A stretch of DNA of 52,981 nucleotides, the filler included, from Sphacelaria rigidula (taxonomy: Eukaryota): NCBI GenBank assembly GCA_964200075.2. It is 3 parts of 3 records of this genome, joined end to end, with 100 filler letters (N's around TTAATTAATTAA, not from the genome) between each part and the next. Parts side by side here need not be neighbours in the genome. Positions count along the whole stretch, not along the records: positions 35,393 to 52,981 come from CAXNAA020001035.1; 2 more parts are not named here. One strand, 5' to 3'. Both the position numbers and the translations under genes were made by a program. A model generated the notes under the pieces. It searched no databases. It was not told the DNA's origin and saw nothing but the letters and a program-made list of their open reading frames with translations. Shown in pieces: positions 52,287 through 52,981 of this stretch (position 1 is its first letter; every line of letters begins with the position of its first letter).

Positions 52287-52839
52287 CTAGACGTCAGGGC
52301 TAGGCGGCGCATGAGCACCGGTAGCTATAGCAACACTCAGCCGACGGTTCACCGAGGGTGAAATGACATCATCAATATGATCAATATTTCCATTCCTAGG
52401 GACTGCTGCCGCGCCACTCGGTACGCCAGCACCTGCCTGGACGTCGCTCCTGGGTGGGGTCAAGTAGCCTTCACCAGCGGGAGAAGCAGGGGCTGCGCTG
52501 GCAGTGTTCGCACCAGGGGAAGCGTCGGCATGACCGGGGCTGTGAAGCTGTTCGTCGTGAGCACCATCACCATCACCACTGGCACGAGTGGTTGGAGTGC
52601 TTGATGACAGGGAAAAGAAGGACTTGCCCTTCGTCGTGGCCGAGAGTTTGGGCGTTGTGCCCACCGATAGTCTGTCCCGGATGCCCTTGACCTTTCCTCG
52701 CAACGAGAACGCTGACGCTGACGCTGACGCCGCCGACGACGACCTTCTTTGCCTCGCGGAGGGATCAGCGCCCTCGGGGCTCAATGGCGATCTCGGGTGC
52801 AAAACATCGTCAACGGATCTTCGAATCGAACGCTTGGCC
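52287..52839 (-). CDS. Probable terminal exon of a gene entering from the right; Ser/Ala/Pro-rich low-complexity C-terminus, product unknown
   Basis: An open frame of about 184 codons runs from a ttttag acceptor (52840) to TAG at 52287-52289. It is GC-rich like the other exons. Confidence 0.55.
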
Positions 52840-52981
52840 CTAAAATATATTTCCACAAGGCAGCACAGTCGACGTGATTCGTGAAGAGGGGGGGGGGGGG
52901 GGGGGGAAAAAAAGAGGAACAGAGAAGATTTAAAGAAGGGGGTGAATACTTTCGGAGGGAAAAAATATAGACGAGAAAGCA

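Noticed and set aside
1..52981. tRNA, rRNA, viral (phaeovirus) or bacterial operon content
   Set aside because: No recognisable cloverleaf, rRNA segment or long intronless viral/bacterial ORFs were seen by eye. tRNAscan/Infernal were not run.

Overview
This is eukaryotic, intron-rich genomic DNA, most likely from a brown alga (Phaeophyceae), judged by the multi-exon mannuronan C-5 epimerase. The window is not one locus. Three contigs of almost identical length (1-17596, 17697-35292, 35393-52981) are joined by an artificial N44-TTAATTAATTAA-N44 spacer. Contig 1 holds 12 in-phase exons of an AlgG-like mannuronan C-5 epimerase (DPHD motif, one 16-nt micro-exon), and its introns carry TIR elements. 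Contig 2 holds a decayed Copia LTR element, a decayed Cys-rich DNA-transposon-like segment and the 3' part of a jouberin/AHI1-like WD40 gene (minus strand). Contig 3 holds an uncharacterised minus-strand gene with a divergent ATP-grasp/TTL-like N-terminus, head-to-head with a CCDC148-like gene, plus the last exon of another gene. I see no confidently novel multi-gene system. The best leads are the ATP-grasp-like orphan, a 2-kb TIR element with a 7-bp TSD, and the KDZ-like relic. Exon models were built by hand from GT/AG sites and reading-frame phase. Protein family calls are from motif recognition, with no database search.
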